Origin: Escherichia phage naam
DNA: 64,000 nucleotides
Sequence record: MN850630.1
Strand: one strand, 5' to 3'
The position numbers and the translations under genes were made by a program. The notes beneath the pieces were generated by a model. That model worked only from the letters and a program-made list of their open reading frames with translations, searched no databases and was not told the DNA's origin. Shown one piece after another: positions 10,236 to 19,083 of this stretch; position 1 is the first letter of the stretch; the number at the start of each line of letters is the position of its first letter.

Positions 10236-11000
10236 TTGAAATTTATCTACAAAGAACACTACCATAAAGGTGTTGTGTGGAGTCTATTTGACGGGTCTGG
10301 TGGTGCAGTCATTGACTGGGCAAAAGCTGGGTACCTGTGCCTGTGCTTTAATGCAGAAGGCGCTGATCACGGCAGTTATGCAGAGGTGATCACCGATCAT
10401 CCCAACATTCACTATGTGGACTATTGGATTGACCCGTGGTTCCCTCAGGAAACTTTTTGCATGTATCCGGCTCCAGACTTTATTCTTGCATTTCCTCCGT
10501 GCACGCATTTAGCGGTATCAGGTGCTGCACATTTTAAGAAAAAGCTGGCTAAGGACCCCATGATCCAAATTAATGCTGTAAAGGATGCTCGGGTTGCGGA
10601 AGAGCTGGGAGAGATTTACGATTGCCCGTGGCATGTAGAGAATCCTGTGGGTGTTATGTCCACACTGTGGCGCAAACCTGATTACCGTTTTCACCCTTCG
10701 GATTATGGCGGGTATTTACCGGAAGATGATGTAAACCCATGGTTTCCTGAATTTATAGCTCCACGTGATGCCTATCCAAAAATAACTTGCGGCTGGATAG
10801 GTAATGGATTTATAATCCCAGCCACAAAACCTGTCCCGCAAATAGTTGACGCGGTTAGCGGGTATTCCATGCAACACGCCAAGCTGGGTGGAAAGAGTGC
10901 AAGAACGAAGATGATTCGAAGCCTCACACCACGTGGCTGGGCAAAAGCCGTATTCCTAGCAAACGAGCCTGTAGTAAGGAGCAGAATTAATGGGAAGTAA
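10236..11000 (+). CDS. compact DNA (cytosine-5)-methyltransferase-like protein
   Basis: Motif I SLFDGSGG, motif IV AFPPCTH (PCQ-like, catalytic Cys), motif VI HVENP (ENV-like). The track start 10206 lies inside the terminator stem, so a TTG at 10236 after AGGAGA is preferred. Confidence 0.5.
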   Translation: MKFIYKEHYHKGVVWSLFDGSGGAVIDWAKAGYLCLCFNAEGADHGSYAEVITDHPNIHYVDYWIDPWFPQETFCMYPAPDFILAFPPCTHLAVSGAAHFKKKLAKDPMIQINAVKDARVAEELGEIYDCPWHVENPVGVMSTLWRKPDYRFHPSDYGGYLPEDDVNPWFPEFIAPRDAYPKITCGWIGNGFIIPATKPVPQIVDAVSGYSMQHAKLGGKSARTKMIRSLTPRGWAKAVFLANEPVVRSRINGK

Positions 11001-13068
11001 ATTTATGGCATCTGCATACAACCGTTTCGGTGAGCCAAACCCGAAAGCAACTAAGTATAAAAGTGGGGGAAGTGTGAAACGAGACTATCGTGATGAAAAA
11101 GAAGTTGAAACTGTAGAGACTGTTTTAGAAAATACTAAAATTGTCCCTGTCCCACAACAAAATATCGGTCTGATGGCTGCACAATATTTTGGTGTGCGAT
11201 CAGCATTGTCACAAGAAGACGGTGTGACAGTCACTGCAACATATTTCCCATATTACGACCGCTACGGAAATCTGTCCGGTTTCAAAAAGCGTGACTGGAC
11301 TATTCCTAAAGAACAAAGGGGCCACTTCTCCGTTGTTGGCATCGTAAAGGCCAACTCCCAGATGTTTGGTCAAAAGCTGTGTGCATCTTCCAACAACCGT
11401 AAGCAGATTAACGTTTGTGAGGGAGAAGGTGATGTTATTGCAGCATGGCAGGCTGCATATCAGATACAAGTAAAAGGGATTCTCACCAACGCTAAAGCCC
11501 CGGCAAAGGTGAAGCAGTGGGCTAAAGAGGTCCAGGACGGGATCGACGCAGTTATCAACGGTGGTGATCTGGCAGGAAAACCCTGCCTGCCTTTTGTTGG
11601 AATTAACTGTGGATGTGCAAACGCAGTAGATACTTTTGCAAACAATGAGAAGTTTATCCGTAGCTATGGAACAGTTGTGCTGGCAATGGATAACGATGCA
11701 GCTAACGAGGTAGAGAAGCAAAAACACGTCATTAAAGGTGTCGAGGCCACGCACAATATCGCAGCATTTTTGATGGCTGATAACGTTTACCACGTAGAAT
11801 ACCCTGGTGAAGTAAACGACCCTGACGGTGTAAAAGATATCCGAGACATGCTGAAGGCTAAAAAGCTGGAAGATATTGTCAACATGTTCCGGCATCCTGT
11901 TAAATATGTGCCTGATGCTGTGTCGGATTTAGAAGACTTCTCTATCGAGTCTTTGCGGAAAAAGACTTCCAACGGGGTAGATATCAGCGCAGAGTTCCCA
12001 AAACTGCAAAAAATGCTAAAAGGCTTGCACAAAGGTACACTCGTAATGCTTACAGGCCCATCAGGTGGCGGTAAAACAACCGTAGCTAAAAAACTGGAAC
12101 ACTGTATTGCAAGATACCTAATGGACCCGACATGCCCGAAGGCTGATGACTATGAAGAGGATGATCGTCTATGTATGATCCATCTTGAGGAGGACCCAGA
12201 GGAAGCAATTAACTCCTTGTATGCAAACCAGTTAGGGTTTGATGTTAAAGAGTTTGTTGAAGATCCTAGCCAGTTTTTAACTGATCAAGAACACGCAGAG
12301 ATTCATCAGTCATGGGCAAAAGCTGGAAAAATCAAAGTGTTCAAACATTTCGGGTCTATTCCGGTGGATGAGTTGATTACCAAGCTTAAGCAAATGGTTT
12401 GCCTGTACCATTGCCGTTATATTGTGCTGGATCACCTGTCCATGGTAATTTCAGGGCTTAATGTTAAGGATGAGCGAAAAGAACTGGACATGGCTATGAC
12501 CCAACTGGCTGCGTTTTGTAAGCAGTTTAATGTGTTTATCTTGGTGATCGCTCACCTCAAACGTACAGAGATTGTGCCTCCTAAGGACAAGGATGGTAAC
12601 CCGTTACCTTTCTGGTATCCTGTGCGAAAAGAGAATTTGCGAGGATCGGCGGGGCTTGAACAGTTGAGTTGGGTAGTCATAGGTGTCGAGGCCGAAGAAA
12701 TGGTGGATCGTTCTCGTGGGCGTGTCCGTCTGGTAGGTCTTAAAAACCGTCCAGCAAAAACTTTAGGTATTGCTGACACTTTAGTTATGGACCCGCACAC
12801 AGGTAAGTTCCATGATGCCAGTAACTGGTACTGGGACAAAGAAATGCAAATGTTTACAGACGGAGAAGGTGGGGAGGTTGTTTGGAGACCTCAGGCTATG
12901 TTTGAGGATCAGGAGCATGCAGTTGTAGAAACACCTATGGGCAAGGTTGTGGCTGATAAGGTTGTAACTCCTACTGTTAAGCCTGTTGACACGCAGGAAG
13001 ACCTCCAGTACGATGATCCGTCCTCTGACCATGTTCCTGGTTTTGAGGATGATGAAACACCTTTTTAA
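10990..13068 (+). CDS. DNA primase-helicase (TOPRIM primase fused to DnaB/gp4-like helicase)
   Basis: TOPRIM motifs VCEGEGDVIAAW and LAMDNDAAN; helicase Walker A LTGPSGGGKTT; 692 aa. Confidence 0.85.
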   Translation: MGSKFMASAYNRFGEPNPKATKYKSGGSVKRDYRDEKEVETVETVLENTKIVPVPQQNIGLMAAQYFGVRSALSQEDGVTVTATYFPYYDRYGNLSGFKKRDWTIPKEQRGHFSVVGIVKANSQMFGQKLCASSNNRKQINVCEGEGDVIAAWQAAYQIQVKGILTNAKAPAKVKQWAKEVQDGIDAVINGGDLAGKPCLPFVGINCGCANAVDTFANNEKFIRSYGTVVLAMDNDAANEVEKQKHVIKGVEATHNIAAFLMADNVYHVEYPGEVNDPDGVKDIRDMLKAKKLEDIVNMFRHPVKYVPDAVSDLEDFSIESLRKKTSNGVDISAEFPKLQKMLKGLHKGTLVMLTGPSGGGKTTVAKKLEHCIARYLMDPTCPKADDYEEDDRLCMIHLEEDPEEAINSLYANQLGFDVKEFVEDPSQFLTDQEHAEIHQSWAKAGKIKVFKHFGSIPVDELITKLKQMVCLYHCRYIVLDHLSMVISGLNVKDERKELDMAMTQLAAFCKQFNVFILVIAHLKRTEIVPPKDKDGNPLPFWYPVRKENLRGSAGLEQLSWVVIGVEAEEMVDRSRGRVRLVGLKNRPAKTLGIADTLVMDPHTGKFHDASNWYWDKEMQMFTDGEGGEVVWRPQAMFEDQEHAVVETPMGKVVADKVVTPTVKPVDTQEDLQYDDPSSDHVPGFEDDETPF

Positions 13069-13126
13069 TGTTTAACAAAGAGTGGGAGGGGTAGTACAAC
13101 CGCCTCCCCTTTAAGGAGAACTGTAT

Positions 13127-15904
13127 ATGAGCATGTGGTCGTTCGATTTTGAGTCATCCGGTTTGCTGGAAGACCCAGATCTTTATTATCACTGCGGCCT
13201 GTTTAAAGAGCTGAATAAGAACCGTTTTATGCTGTTCCTTCCTCTGAATGACCGCACACACTACTCCGAGGAGGATATAGAGAAGGCCAAGAACTTTATT
13301 CTGGCAAAGAAAACTCTTTATAAGGATTTTGAAGTTCGCATAGCAGATTTTTCGGAGTTGGAAGGTTGGCTTACAGGAAATTCCGACTGGTCACCAACAG
13401 CTTTGAACTGCCATAACTGCTACAGTTATGACTTTATGCTGATGGAGAGATTATCCGGTATTCATTTTGATATGTTCCGTGATCCTAAATGTATGGGGAC
13501 TATCAACGACCACCAGGTTAACCTGTTTGATACGTTGGCGATGAGCCGAATCTTGTGGCCTGATCGCCCTTTACCAAAAGGTTGTCCGGACTCCGTATTC
13601 AACCCGGTTACTAAGAAAATGCAGCCTGTTGGTCCTCACGGCCTTATGGCATGGGGCTACGCCCTTGGTAACCAGAAAGTTCAAATTGATGACTGGCGCG
13701 ATCTTCCGTTGTGGAAGTATGTGGATCGTGTATTCGAGGACGTTATCATCCAGGAGCTACTCTGGAAAGAGCTGGTAGCGGAATCAAAAGGTGTATTCTA
13801 CGGCAAATCTGACATGCAGAACTTTATGTACGATCCTGCCAAAGAGAAGCCGAAAGGGTTCAAGAAGATCACCTGGAAGAACGCATTGCGCCGGGGTATG
13901 CTGCAACACTTCCTGATGGAGCTGCAGGCCCGTCAGGGTGTGTATTTTGACATAGATGGGGCTATTGCTTTACGTGACCGTTGCGATGCTTGGATGAAAG
14001 AAATCGCTGATCGTGTTGAACCACAACTACCTTTAAAAGAGCTGTCAATGTCTCAGCGGCCCAAGTTCCCTGAAAAGCCGTTTAACCAAGATGGGACAAT
14101 CTCCAATAATGGTTGGAAATGGTTAAAAGATAAGCTTGGCTATCCTGTGGACATGAGTGCTTTAGAGTTCAAGGCCCCGCCTAAGCGAGCATTTACCTCT
14201 ACAGGAGATGTCAGTAAGATGGGGATAAAATGGTGTGAAGAGATGGGCTGCAAAGACCCAGATAAGATGGCTGATTTCTTGAGAGGCTATATTAAGGGCA
14301 CCTCCACACCACAACCTTTGCCTAAAGAGCTAATGGATCAGGCAATAAGTGATCTACAGCAGAAGCGAATGCCGGACTGCAAGATACCTATGAAAATCAG
14401 CAACCAGGACGACATTAAGCGATACCTGATCAGTGCTGGTTGGCTTCCGACAATGTGGAGAACTAAGGATGTAACTAAAGACAGCAAGAAGAAAGCTCTA
14501 CCTGATGCAGATGTTGATGCACGAGTATATGCATATATGGACGAGCTTTTAGAGTCAGAGTATTGTGACCTGATTATCAACTTCTGGAACAAAACTGATG
14601 CTAAGTTCCAGACAACCGTGCACAAGTTCCGAAGCTTTCCTAACTCCGAAAGGATTAAAAAGGAAGTATTCGGGAAAATACGTAGAAAAGCTAGGGCACT
14701 TATTACTTCTCCGCAACTGAAAGATACTTTTGGACACCTATGTCCAAATCTTGAAAAATTGAACGGAGAGATGGCTAAAGATATCGTCTTGTGGTTATCA
14801 TTGCGAAACCGCAGATCGGTCCTTGATCCAATCAAGGAGGATAAGGTTGATACTGGTCTTCTTAATCACCCACGTTTGAAGATTGACCATAAGCTTCCTG
14901 CTAAAAGCTCTGGATTAACAAACACTTCCCGACAGAAACACAGTATTTGTGCAAACATGCCTAAACCATCTCCTAAAGTGGTTATGGGTAAAGAGATGCG
15001 TAGTCTGTGGGGTGTTCCTCCAGGATACTTTGAGATCGGTATTGACGGGTCCAACTTAGAGCAGCTTATCGGGGCTTGGGGTGCCTTTGAGTTCGACAAC
15101 GGCTTGTATTATGATGTTGTAAGTAACGGAGACGCACACCAAAACAACGCCGAGGCATATACAAAAGTAGCAGGCAGAGAGGTATCTCGTAACGACGGTA
15201 AACCTATCACGTATGGGGTTATGTACGGGGCACAAAAAGACAAAGTTGCAGACATGCTGGATATCTCCCCAGAGTTGGGACAAAGGGTAATTGATGCACT
15301 TTGGGATGCCAACCCTGGTCTTAAGGGGCGTAAAGAAGATCTGGAGAAATTCTGGGAAGCAACGGGTAAGAAGTTTATCTACTCTTTTGATGGTCATGCT
15401 ATCTGGACCCGATCTAAACACTCTTTACTTAATGCATACCAACAGAATGGTGGTGCATCGTTGTGTGACTTAGTTGGGATACTCATGCACCACCAAATGG
15501 TGAAGCGTGGGTGGTACGATGAAGGTGTTCGTCGTATTATTTATTACCATGACGAATATCAGCTTCAAGTCCCTGACACACCTAAGTATAAGACTGTGTA
15601 CACCTTCGACACAATTGAAGAACTGGAAGCATTTAAGGCAGAGCAGGAGTCCAAACTTCATGTGTTCGACGGTCATAAGTACAAAAAGGCACGCAAGGAT
15701 GAGGACGGAAACGAAGTGGTTGACAGAGACGGAAACACGGTGTACGATCCTATCCTGAACGATGACGGAAAGCTTGAACTTATCTGGAGCCCTGTGGGTG
15801 AAATGGTGGTGCATTGCTTCTGGCAAGCTTCTAAAATGATGGGCGTCCCGTTTCAGATCACAGGTGAATACCTGTGTGGTCGTAATTGGGGTGATTGTCA
15901 CTAA
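13127..15904 (+). CDS. DNA polymerase, family A, with probable 3'-5' exonuclease domain
   Basis: Exo I-like FDFESSG at the N-terminus; Pol A motif B RNDGKPITYGVMYGAQ; motif C YYHDEYQ; 925 aa. Confidence 0.9.
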   Translation: MSMWSFDFESSGLLEDPDLYYHCGLFKELNKNRFMLFLPLNDRTHYSEEDIEKAKNFILAKKTLYKDFEVRIADFSELEGWLTGNSDWSPTALNCHNCYSYDFMLMERLSGIHFDMFRDPKCMGTINDHQVNLFDTLAMSRILWPDRPLPKGCPDSVFNPVTKKMQPVGPHGLMAWGYALGNQKVQIDDWRDLPLWKYVDRVFEDVIIQELLWKELVAESKGVFYGKSDMQNFMYDPAKEKPKGFKKITWKNALRRGMLQHFLMELQARQGVYFDIDGAIALRDRCDAWMKEIADRVEPQLPLKELSMSQRPKFPEKPFNQDGTISNNGWKWLKDKLGYPVDMSALEFKAPPKRAFTSTGDVSKMGIKWCEEMGCKDPDKMADFLRGYIKGTSTPQPLPKELMDQAISDLQQKRMPDCKIPMKISNQDDIKRYLISAGWLPTMWRTKDVTKDSKKKALPDADVDARVYAYMDELLESEYCDLIINFWNKTDAKFQTTVHKFRSFPNSERIKKEVFGKIRRKARALITSPQLKDTFGHLCPNLEKLNGEMAKDIVLWLSLRNRRSVLDPIKEDKVDTGLLNHPRLKIDHKLPAKSSGLTNTSRQKHSICANMPKPSPKVVMGKEMRSLWGVPPGYFEIGIDGSNLEQLIGAWGAFEFDNGLYYDVVSNGDAHQNNAEAYTKVAGREVSRNDGKPITYGVMYGAQKDKVADMLDISPELGQRVIDALWDANPGLKGRKEDLEKFWEATGKKFIYSFDGHAIWTRSKHSLLNAYQQNGGASLCDLVGILMHHQMVKRGWYDEGVRRIIYYHDEYQLQVPDTPKYKTVYTFDTIEELEAFKAEQESKLHVFDGHKYKKARKDEDGNEVVDRDGNTVYDPILNDDGKLELIWSPVGEMVVHCFWQASKMMGVPFQITGEYLCGRNWGDCH

Positions 15905-15953
15905 TGTAAACTATCAACACATGGAAGTGTTGTTGAGCAAAGAGGAGACTTTT

Positions 15954-16238
15954 ATGGTAGTAGAACCAACAAAAACATTTACATCCATGACTATCCCTGT
16001 TATTATGCAGGTGGAGTGTGTTCAGGTATCTCAAGTGTGGCCAGGCACTAAAATCCCAACAGGGCCTGATTTCTTTCAGGTTGGGAAAGTGTACAATGTC
16101 TGGAAGGCACCAGATTGTCACCCTTTCATCAAAGATGACCGTGGAATGCTGTGGTATCTTGGAAATGATTTGACACTGCACCTTGGGAATGCTATTATTG
16201 CAGTATTCAGACTTAACAAGAAGGAGACTGATCAATGA
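15954..16238 (+). CDS. hypothetical protein (paralog family A)
   Basis: Track ORF 15864..16238 starts inside the polymerase gene; ATG at 15954 has an AAAGAGGAG RBS. Carries KDDRGMLWYL, shared with the next two genes. Confidence 0.55.
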   Translation: MVVEPTKTFTSMTIPVIMQVECVQVSQVWPGTKIPTGPDFFQVGKVYNVWKAPDCHPFIKDDRGMLWYLGNDLTLHLGNAIIAVFRLNKKETDQ

Positions 16239-16462
16239 CGACTTTGGTTAAAGCTACCTTTGTAGAAGAAAAGATGACAGACCTGTCATTCTTTAAAGAA
16301 GGAAAGACCTACGAGGTTTATTACGATAAAGCTCGTGCAAACAAGATGATTAAAGACGAGGAAGGGATTGCCTGGTTTATCTCCCATCTGGCAAACGGTG
16401 AGTATCATATCTACGGAACCACCCTGCTTGCCAAGTTTGTAGCTGTTGAAGAGGACCTATGA
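16235..16462 (+). CDS. hypothetical protein (paralog family A)
   Basis: Coupled start; KDEEGIAWFI motif. Confidence 0.55.
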   Translation: MTTLVKATFVEEKMTDLSFFKEGKTYEVYYDKARANKMIKDEEGIAWFISHLANGEYHIYGTTLLAKFVAVEEDL

Positions 16463-16653
16463 AAGTAAAGTATCTGGCTGAGGGTATGAGTAGGTATTTC
16501 ACCCTTGGTGAAGAATATTGGCCCTTTACAAGCAACGGCGATGTCTACGTGAAAGATAATTTCGGCACGCCGTGGTTTCTGCACCCTAATGGGCTGGGAT
16601 ACTCCATTTACTGCGGTGCAGTGAACAACACAACACTTGCAGAGTTTGTATAG
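16459..16653 (+). CDS. hypothetical protein (paralog family A)
   Basis: Coupled start; KDNFGTPWFL motif. Confidence 0.55.
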   Translation: MKVKYLAEGMSRYFTLGEEYWPFTSNGDVYVKDNFGTPWFLHPNGLGYSIYCGAVNNTTLAEFV

Positions 16654-16663
16654 AGGAGGTAGA

Positions 16664-17035
16664 ATGTTAGTAAAAGGTACCCACACAGTCAAACAACGTA
16701 TTGAAGTTGAGATTGATGACTGCGAGCTGAAGCATATTTTACGGTCATGCTCCAACGTTTTGCTCCTTAGCATTCTTCAGGAGCGAGCAGAGAACGAGTT
16801 CTTAAATGCACTGGCAGGCCGTCCTGGTGACTTCTGTGTGCGTAAGCGTGGTGACAACAAGTCATGGCTGTGGGAGATAGACGCAGAATGGGATTACCAC
16901 AAAAATGAGGGTATAGATGAGCCTATTCGTGAATTGACAGACAAAGAGGTTCAGATGTACAATGAAGTTTGTCATTGGGCAACACGCCAACAAATTTACC
17001 TCGACCCCGTGTGGCTGATTGAAAATAGTCATTGA
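16664..17035 (+). CDS. hypothetical protein
   Basis: ATG after AGAGGAGG (track ORF 16637..17035). Confidence 0.55.
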   Translation: MLVKGTHTVKQRIEVEIDDCELKHILRSCSNVLLLSILQERAENEFLNALAGRPGDFCVRKRGDNKSWLWEIDAEWDYHKNEGIDEPIRELTDKEVQMYNEVCHWATRQQIYLDPVWLIENSH

Positions 17036-17060
17036 CAAGAAGTAAGATTAGATATAAGAT
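17032..17060 (+). promoter_or_regulatory. sigma70-like promoter
   Basis: TTGACA, 17-bp spacer, TAAGAT. Confidence 0.5.
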
Positions 17061-17111
17061 GCTTCACACAAACAGAGCGTTGATTTTTAAATAACTAAGG
17101 AGACTGCTAAG

Positions 17112-17366
17112 ATGAAAATTACTTTGAAGTCAGAATGCGTTGCAAATGACCGAGCTTTTAAAGATTGCACAGTCGGTGCAATTTATGAAGCAGAGTTTTG
17201 TGAGAACCCTCTGGTAAAAGCCCTCCTGGAAGAAGGGGCCCCTTTATCACAAGAAGAGATCGATGAGCTGGAAAACTCAGCACAGTGCCTTACCTTTAAA
17301 GATGATGAAGGAGACTCTGTCTGGTGCACTGTTAATGAAGTAGTTTTTGTAAAACCTGAACATTAA
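17112..17366 (+). CDS. hypothetical protein (paralog family B)
   Basis: AAGGAG RBS; shares AF(K/R)DCT and DD(E/N)GD(S/C)V(W/F)CT motifs with the next gene. Confidence 0.6.
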   Translation: MKITLKSECVANDRAFKDCTVGAIYEAEFCENPLVKALLEEGAPLSQEEIDELENSAQCLTFKDDEGDSVWCTVNEVVFVKPEH

Positions 17367-17369
17367 TAC

Positions 17370-17398
17370 TTGACAACAGTGATGGGGCCTAATATAAT
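17370..17398 (+). promoter_or_regulatory. sigma70-like promoter (consensus -35 and -10)
   Basis: TTGACA, 17-bp spacer, TATAAT; the track ORF 17370..17690 begins on the TTG of the -35 box. Confidence 0.6.
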
Positions 17399-17429
17399 GG
17401 CCCTATCAAAACGAAAGGGGACCACAGCA

Positions 17430-17690
17430 ATGACCAAACAATATCAACGAATTAAAGCCAAGGTTAAGCCAGACTATCTGGAGAAAGACTCTGCTTTTCG
17501 GGACTGCACAGCCGACAAAGTTTACACAGGGGCTGTCCTGTTGAACGATAAGCTTGAAGTAGATGTGCTGGGTAAAGAGGCCGTTATCGAGGATGACAAC
17601 GGTGACTGTGTTTTCTGCACCACACGGGAGCTAGAAGTCTTAGAATACTTCGGTGAAATCTTCAACTCCTTAGACGACGAGGAAGCGTGA
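17430..17690 (+). CDS. hypothetical protein (paralog family B)
   Basis: First ATG downstream of the promoter, after AAAGGGGA. Confidence 0.55.
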   Translation: MTKQYQRIKAKVKPDYLEKDSAFRDCTADKVYTGAVLLNDKLEVDVLGKEAVIEDDNGDCVFCTTRELEVLEYFGEIFNSLDDEEA

Positions 17691-18079
17691 TGAAAAATAT
17701 TTGGGATATTGATATCTTTGAAGCCTCTAAGCTTGACGGTGCTGATGGAGTTATTATGGTGTCTGATGGCAAGGCAACACTAACTTCCGGAGATATCATC
17801 TATGCCTTGGACGAGCTGGCGCTTCTGAAATCTACCGGTAACACTTTAGAGGAGCGTCTTCAAGGCTTCGCCTTCAAAGAAGGCACAAATACCGCCATGA
17901 TGTGCACCACACGGACAGTTCAGGTTGGTAACGGTGTCTATATGATCATTGCTGTGTGTCCTAAATTCAGCAACGTCAACAAAGATGATGCTGACGCTGT
18001 CAACGATGTGGTTGTTCTCTTCGTGGGTGACGCTATGGCAGACCTGATGAATGCAGGAGAAGCGGCAAATGAAGACTGA
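17687..18079 (+). CDS. hypothetical protein
   Basis: ATGA coupled start; 130 aa. Confidence 0.55.
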   Translation: MMKNIWDIDIFEASKLDGADGVIMVSDGKATLTSGDIIYALDELALLKSTGNTLEERLQGFAFKEGTNTAMMCTTRTVQVGNGVYMIIAVCPKFSNVNKDDADAVNDVVVLFVGDAMADLMNAGEAANED

Positions 18080-18371
18080 AAACATTACCCCAGCAGGGTT
18101 CTTAAAAGTATACCGTGAACTGCTATATACTACAGAGGACAGTGTTCTAGAGTATCCAGAATATCTTTTGCTGTATAAGTATCTACAGGAAGCTGGTGAA
18201 AATCTGCCAGTTAGTGCAGAAGGCGGTCCGAACTGGGTATACAGCGCATGGAGAAAGGTTGACATTCTCCCAGATCCAGGTAAAGATATGGTAGTTTGGC
18301 AGCTTATCAACAACATCGGGATTCCAATCTTTGATGAAGCTGTTAAAATCTATTTTGAACTTGACGATTAA
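18069..18371 (+). CDS. hypothetical protein
   Basis: ATG after CAGGAG (track ORF 18051..18371). Confidence 0.5.
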   Translation: MKTENITPAGFLKVYRELLYTTEDSVLEYPEYLLLYKYLQEAGENLPVSAEGGPNWVYSAWRKVDILPDPGKDMVVWQLINNIGIPIFDEAVKIYFELDD

Positions 18372-18388
18372 TATCAGGAGACCTTAAG

Positions 18389-18634
18389 ATGACTGAAGTA
18401 GTTGCTCGCGCAGGACAGAAAGTACGTTGTGTTGAAGTAGGTTTTGGTGGCAAAGGGTGTCAAAACTTGACTCAAGGTAAGGAATACGCTGTTATTTCTG
18501 GTGGTGGCGACGAAAGTATTGTGTTCGAGGGCCACATCCTGGATGCTGAAAACTTTGAAATCTTTGACGACGATGGGGATCCGATCACCTGCCTGCTGGA
18601 CGGGAATTGGGGAACTTTTGAAGTGATTGGCTAA
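18389..18634 (+). CDS. hypothetical protein
   Basis: CAGGAG RBS; 81 aa. Confidence 0.55.
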   Translation: MTEVVARAGQKVRCVEVGFGGKGCQNLTQGKEYAVISGGGDESIVFEGHILDAENFEIFDDDGDPITCLLDGNWGTFEVIG

Positions 18635-18717
18635 CAAATATCTATTGTAATTTACAGAAGGGGATGCTAAAATAGTGTCTCCTTCTATGTTGTTCAAATA
18701 AAATCGGAGATTCCATA

Positions 18718-19083
18718 ATGGAACAAATGAACGATCAAGCGTCGGTTGCGATGAACGAGCAAGAACAACCTCAAGAATTTTTCTTAGGGTTAAGTAAAGA
18801 TCAAGTGTCTCTTCTGCTAGTGCTTTCTTCTTTCATGGGAAGACTTCAGGAGCTTACACAACAGCCAGAGGCTGAACAATTATTCCAGGCTCTGCGTGAA
18901 GAAGAAAAATATCGTCGTTTGGACTATGCCTTAGGTTGGGTAGCTCAACAACGGGATATGCTGATGGCCCTCTCTGGGACCACAAGTTTTGCAATGGGCC
19001 TGCTGGCTCAAGTTCAGGACAAATTAATTCAAGCAGGGTTTGCACACACGGCAAACACTAACGAAGAACAAGGAGACAAATAA
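18718..19083 (+). CDS. hypothetical protein
   Basis: CGGAGA RBS; 121 aa. Confidence 0.55.
   Translation: MEQMNDQASVAMNEQEQPQEFFLGLSKDQVSLLLVLSSFMGRLQELTQQPEAEQLFQALREEEKYRRLDYALGWVAQQRDMLMALSGTTSFAMGLLAQVQDKLIQAGFAHTANTNEEQGDK

Noticed and set aside
11209-11895. Long antisense ORFs inside the primase-helicase and polymerase genes (11209..11895, 14338..14835, 15470..15901 and others)
   Set aside because: They lie opposite genes with strong motif support and lack start contexts; expected chance ORFs.
13127-15904. Inteins or group I introns in the polymerase, nrdA, nrdB or nrdD genes
   Set aside because: All four reading frames are continuous with lengths typical of intact enzymes; no in-frame insertion with endonuclease motifs was seen.
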